DNA of 64,000 nucleotides. It comes from Escherichia coli. Lineage in GTDB: Bacteria; Pseudomonadota; Gammaproteobacteria; Enterobacterales; Enterobacteriaceae. The stretch lies in NCBI RefSeq assembly GCF_045037415.1, contig NZ_CP173438.1; one strand, given 5' to 3'. Position 1 is the stretch's first letter. Every line of letters begins with the position of its first letter. A program made the position numbers and the translations under genes. Positions 60,384-64,000 of the stretch are shown piece after piece. The notes under the pieces are model-generated. The model had not been told where the DNA came from, ran no database searches, and saw nothing but the letters and a program-made list of their open reading frames with translations.

Positions 60384-61817
60384 ATGAAAGTAACGCTGCC
60401 AGAGTTTGAACGTGCAGGAGTGATGGTGGTTGGTGATGTGATGCTGGATCGTTACTGGTACGGTCCCACCAGCCGTATCTCGCCGGAAGCGCCGGTACCC
60501 GTGGTTAAAGTGAATACCATCGAAGAACGTCCGGGCGGCGCGGCTAACGTGGCGATGAATATCGCTTCTCTCGGTGCTAATGCACGCCTGGTCGGGTTGA
60601 CGGGCATTGACGATGCGGCGCGCGCGCTCAGTAAATCTCTGGCCGACGTCAACGTTAAATGCGACTTTGTTTCTGTACCGACGCATCCGACTATCACCAA
60701 ATTACGGGTACTTTCCCGTAACCAACAGCTGATCCGTCTGGATTTCGAAGAAGGTTTCGAAGGGGTTGATCCGCAGCCGCTGCACGAGCGGATTAATCAG
60801 GCACTGAGTTCGATTGGCGCGCTGGTGCTTTCTGACTACGCCAAAGGTGCGCTGGCAAGCGTACAGCAGATGATCCAACTGGCGCGTAAAGCGGGTGTTC
60901 CGGTGCTGATTGATCCAAAAGGTACCGATTTTGAGCGCTACCGCGGCGCTACGCTGTTAACGCCGAATCTCTCGGAATTTGAAGCTGTTGTCGGTAAATG
61001 TAAGACCGAAGAAGAGATTGTTGAGCGCGGCATGAAACTGATTGCCGATTACGAACTCTCGGCTCTGTTAGTGACCCGTTCCGAACAGGGTATGTCGCTG
61101 CTGCAACCGGGTAAAGCGCCGCTGCATATGCCAACCCAGGCGCAGGAAGTGTATGACGTTACCGGTGCGGGCGACACGGTGATTGGCGTCCTGGCGGCAA
61201 CGCTGGCAGCGGGTAATTCGCTGGAAGAAGCCTGCTTCTTTGCCAATGCGGCGGCTGGTGTGGTGGTCGGCAAACTGGGGACATCCACGGTTTCGCCGAT
61301 CGAGCTGGAAAACGCAGTACGTGGACGTGCAGATACCGGCTTTGGTGTGATGACCGAAGAGGAACTGAAGCTTGCTGTAGCGGCAGCGCGTAAACGCGGT
61401 GAAAAAGTGGTGATGACCAACGGTGTCTTTGACATCCTGCACGCCGGGCACGTCTCTTATCTGGCAAATGCCCGTAAACTGGGTGACCGTTTGATTGTCG
61501 CTGTGAACAGCGATGCCTCCACCAAACGGCTGAAAGGGGATTCCCGCCCCGTTAACCCGCTCGAACAGCGTATGATTGTGCTGGGCGCACTGGAAGCGGT
61601 CGACTGGGTGGTGTCGTTTGAAGAGGACACACCGCAGCGCTTGATCGCCGGGATCTTGCCAGATCTGCTGGTGAAAGGCGGCGACTATAAACCAGAAGAG
61701 ATTGCCGGGAGTAAAGAAGTCTGGGCCAACGGTGGCGAAGTGCTGGTGCTCAACTTTGAAGACGGTTGCTCGACGACCAACATCATCAAGAAGATCCAAC
61801 TGGATAAAAAAGGCTAA
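60384..61817 (+). CDS. hldE: bifunctional D-beta-D-heptose 7-phosphate kinase / heptose 1-phosphate adenylyltransferase HldE (RfaE)
   Basis: 477-aa [60 protein letters not shown]... Confidence 0.95.
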   Translation: MKVTLPEFERAGVMVVGDVMLDRYWYGPTSRISPEAPVPVVKVNTIEERPGGAANVAMNIASLGANARLVGLTGIDDAARALSKSLADVNVKCDFVSVPTHPTITKLRVLSRNQQLIRLDFEEGFEGVDPQPLHERINQALSSIGALVLSDYAKGALASVQQMIQLARKAGVPVLIDPKGTDFERYRGATLLTPNLSEFEAVVGKCKTEEEIVERGMKLIADYELSALLVTRSEQGMSLLQPGKAPLHMPTQAQEVYDVTGAGDTVIGVLAATLAAGNSLEEACFFANAAAGVVVGKLGTSTVSPIELENAVRGRADTGFGVMTEEELKLAVAAARKRGEKVVMTNGVFDILHAGHVSYLANARKLGDRLIVAVNSDASTKRLKGDSRPVNPLEQRMIVLGALEAVDWVVSFEEDTPQRLIAGILPDLLVKGGDYKPEEIAGSKEVWANGGEVLVLNFEDGCSTTNIIKKIQLDKKG

Positions 61818-61896
61818 CTGGAAAGCGGTTCACAGATCTCGCTTCGTAGCAGGCAGGTCTATTGACGCTGTTGTTTTTTCAACCTAAAGTAAAGGA

Positions 61897-62046
61897 ACAA
61901 GGGTAAGGGAGGATTTCTCCCCCCTCTGATGAGTTGTTAGTAAGTCGGGAAACTTAACAGTAACAACACAACCAGTATGATGACGAACTTCATCATAACC
62001 CTTTCCTTCTATAAGGCCCCTTCCTCGGGAGGGGCTTTCCCGTTTC
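61897..62046 (+). ncRNA. Sib antisense sRNA (type I antitoxin of Ibs), SibD/SibE-type; ends approximate
   Basis: Plus-strand promoter TTGACG(61862-61867)-N17-TAAAGT(61885-61890); transcript would fully cover the minus-strand ibs ORF; GC-rich hairpin ggcccc..ggggc plus U-rich tail at about 62015-62046. Confidence 0.6.
61937..61996 (-). CDS. Ibs type I toxin (19-aa hydrophobic peptide), IbsD/IbsE-type; not in ORF track
   Basis: Minus-strand atgatgaagttcgtcatcatactggttgtgttgttactgttaagtttcccgacttactaa = MMKFVIILVVLLLLSFPTY*, the Ibs family pattern (MM start, hydrophobic core, ..SFPxY end). Confidence 0.75.
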   Translation of the reverse strand: MMKFVIILVVLLLLSFPTY

Positions 62047-62185
62047 AGCCCCTTGCTGACTCCCCGATTGTTGATGAGCGCCGGACCCCGCGCAACGCTT
62101 TCCCAGAGGCAGTTTTGCCTTCCCCGAGCAGTCACGCAAAATGCTGCAACAGCCTGATCATTTGCACCTTTTAGCGGAACGCAGA

Positions 62186-62220
62186 TATAAAAAATCCCCG
62201 GCTTTTTGGGCCAGGGATTA
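62186..62220 (-). terminator. intrinsic terminator of yqiK
   Basis: minus-strand UCCCUGGC-CCAAAAA-GCCGGGGA hairpin followed by UUUUUUAUAU. Confidence 0.65.
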
Positions 62221-62235
62221 TTCATAGAAGAGGGT

Positions 62236-63897
62236 TTACTCTGCTTTTTCTTCGACGGGAGTTGTTGAGCTTAAGGATGAAGTCAATGCCGCCAGTGAGC
62301 CGCCTGAAACGCCAATTTCATTGAGCAAGGAGTCAATCAGCGGTGCCTGTGTGCGGTAAGAGAGTGCGGCTGATAACGCTTGTTCTGCCAGGTTTCCGCC
62401 CCCCACATTACCCGTGTTTGCATCACCCGTAGCGCCGCCACGATTCAGACCATCGACCTGAATAATTTTGATGCCGTCGATAGACTTCATAGGCTCAACG
62501 GATTTCTCAATTACCGCAGGCAGCGCCTGCAATAATGCCAGTTTGAATTTAAGGCTGGTTTGTTCATCAGAAAGTACGTTGATAGCATCGTTCAGCGCAC
62601 GTTGTGCTTCTGCTTCCGCCAGACCCTTTTTACGTGTAGCTTCGGCTAACTCAACGATAGCCGCCGCCTGCATTTCTGCGGCTTCTTTTTCTGCTTTCGC
62701 CCGCACGGTCAGTTCAACCGCTTTGGTTTCTGCATCCTGCGCTGCGGCGATCAACGCCACTTGTTTAGCACGATCGGCTTCGGCAGTCTGGCGAGTGGTT
62801 TCTACGTTTTGTTGGGCGCTTACTGCTTCTGCGAGTGCAAGGTTAGCACGCGCTTCTGCCTGGGACTGTTGTTCCGATTTGGCGGCAATAGCGATCGATT
62901 TCGTCTGGTTAGCGATTTCGGTGACCTGCTGCTGTTCGATCTCTTTAATGCGAACTTCACGTTCGGCCTCAACCTTTCTTGAGCGGACGGCCTGTTCGCG
63001 GTCGATTTCCGTTTCCTGAATCTGTCGTTCAGCCAGAATTCGCGTCTGCTCTGCTTCACGACGACGTTCAGCTTCAAAAGCCGCAATTTTCGCATTCTGC
63101 TCAGCGGTACGGGTTTTAACCTGCTGCTCCTGCTCAAGCGTCATAAACGCTTCTTGTTGTTCAATCTCCAACTTGCGCGAAAGTGCATCACGGTTTTTCT
63201 CACGCACTGCGACTTCCACATCCTGTTCAACTTCGTTACGTTCGCGACGACGGCGCTCCGTCTCCTGAGTCAGTTTGGTTAAACCTTCGGCGTCAAAGGC
63301 ATTGTTCGGATTGAAATGTTCTTTCGAGGTCTGGTTAAAGTTGGTAAGTGAAACGCTTTCCAGTTCCAGGCCATTTTTCGACAGATCTTCAGCTACGGTA
63401 TTTTGTACTCCCTGCACGAAGTTCTCGCGGGTATCCTGTAACTCATGCATGGTCATTTGTGCCGCTGTTGCACGGAGGGCATCGACAAATTTATCTTCCA
63501 CCAGCATACGTAAGTCTTCAGGCGACAGGGTGCGTTGCCCCAGCGTCTGGGCGGCGGTGGCAATCCCTTCTACTGAAGGTTTTACCCGCACAAAGAAAGC
63601 AACCACGACATCGACGCGCATACGATCTTTCGTAATCAGGCTATCAATGGTTGAGCGGCTGACTTCCAGCTTCAGGGTATTCATATTGATGGGAATTATT
63701 TCATGAAAGATCGGCATCACGATTGCGCCACCGCTCATCACCACTTTTTGCCCACTTAAACCAGTACGAACAAATGCTTGCTCTGCCGAAGCGCGACGAT
63801 AGAGCCTGGCGAAAATAATTCCAATAATAAACAGAATGCATACGGCGATAATCGCGGTAAACATCCAGGAGGGCACAGAATTAACGATATCATCCAT
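62236..63897 (-). CDS. yqiK: flotillin-like SPFH/band-7 protein YqiK
   Basis: 553-aa ORF MDDIVNSVPSWMFTAIIAVCILFIIGIIFARLYRRASAEQAFVRTGLSGQKVVMSGG... with long Ala/Glu-rich coiled coil. Confidence 0.9.
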   Translation of the reverse strand: MDDIVNSVPSWMFTAIIAVCILFIIGIIFARLYRRASAEQAFVRTGLSGQKVVMSGGAIVMPIFHEIIPINMNTLKLEVSRSTIDSLITKDRMRVDVVVAFFVRVKPSVEGIATAAQTLGQRTLSPEDLRMLVEDKFVDALRATAAQMTMHELQDTRENFVQGVQNTVAEDLSKNGLELESVSLTNFNQTSKEHFNPNNAFDAEGLTKLTQETERRRRERNEVEQDVEVAVREKNRDALSRKLEIEQQEAFMTLEQEQQVKTRTAEQNAKIAAFEAERRREAEQTRILAERQIQETEIDREQAVRSRKVEAEREVRIKEIEQQQVTEIANQTKSIAIAAKSEQQSQAEARANLALAEAVSAQQNVETTRQTAEADRAKQVALIAAAQDAETKAVELTVRAKAEKEAAEMQAAAIVELAEATRKKGLAEAEAQRALNDAINVLSDEQTSLKFKLALLQALPAVIEKSVEPMKSIDGIKIIQVDGLNRGGATGDANTGNVGGGNLAEQALSAALSYRTQAPLIDSLLNEIGVSGGSLAALTSSLSSTTPVEEKAE

Positions 63898-63923
63898 TAT
63901 TAAATTTCCTTTTGATTAATAAA

Positions 63924-64000
63924 TCACAATATCTGGGGCCAGGGATTATTTTCCGCCAAATATCGCGTTGCAGAAAGTCGGCAAATAATTAACACTTTGT
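63924..64000 (-). CDS. yqiJ: 3' end of upstream operon partner (probably NfeD-like membrane protein YqiJ); partial, cut by window edge
   Basis: Only open minus-strand frame in the last 100 bp (..KVLIICRLSATRYLAENNPWPQIL*), stop 25 bp before yqiK ATG with RBS AAGGAAA between; gene order recalled for K-12. Confidence 0.4.
   Translation of the reverse strand, partial: KVLIICRLSATRYLAENNPWPQIL

Noticed and set aside
61068-61799. 243-aa minus-strand ORF antisense to hldE
   Set aside because: Shadow ORF within hldE.
61884-62225. 113-aa minus-strand ORF and overlapping 65-aa plus-strand ORF (61977..62174) filling the hldE-yqiK gap
   Set aside because: No recognisable protein features; the region is better explained by the Sib/Ibs locus and the yqiK terminator. 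The plus ORF begins MMTNF.. only because it is the reverse complement of the ibs start.

Overview
This 64-kb window is an enterobacterial (Escherichia coli / Shigella-type) chromosomal segment, collinear with, but in reverse orientation to, the E. coli K-12 region that I recall at roughly 3.18-3.26 Mb. All identifications are from reading the translated ORFs and the DNA; no database search was run. Reading left to right: a partial IS911-like insertion sequence that truncates cyuP; cyuA; yhaLKJ and one DUF805 gene; yqjG-yqjF-yqjKEDC; mzrA-yqjA; exuR-exuT / uxaC-uxaA; ygjV; sstT; alx with its long leader; ygjR-ygjQ-ygjP; rlmG; the higBA toxin-antitoxin pair; fadH; ygjK-ygjJ-ygjI; the cryptic ebgRAC operon; ygjH; patA; aer; yqjI/yqjH; tRNA ileX; mug; the rpsU-dnaG-rpoD operon; tsaD; ttdTBA/ttdR; plsY; folB; uppP; cca; ygiM; ygiF-glnE-hldE; a Sib/Ibs type I toxin-antitoxin locus; yqiK; and the 3' end of a probable yqiJ. 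REP/BIME repeats sit in at least eight intergenic gaps. I found no CRISPR array, prophage, integron or obviously foreign island, and I do not see a convincingly novel system. The points most worth a second look are: (1) the IS911 insertion that cuts cyuP and separates cyuA from its native promoter; (2) a single Sib/Ibs locus (19-aa toxin, absent from the ORF track) where I recall K-12 having two tandem copies; (3) a near-identical AGTAAAATTTT(T)ACT palindrome upstream of both ebgA and ygjH; (4) three GATATATC-core palindromes plus a Fur box in the yqjI-yqjH control region; (5) only one DUF805 gene where I recall two paralogues in K-12; (6) the uncharacterised secreted ygjI-ygjJ-ygjK cluster.
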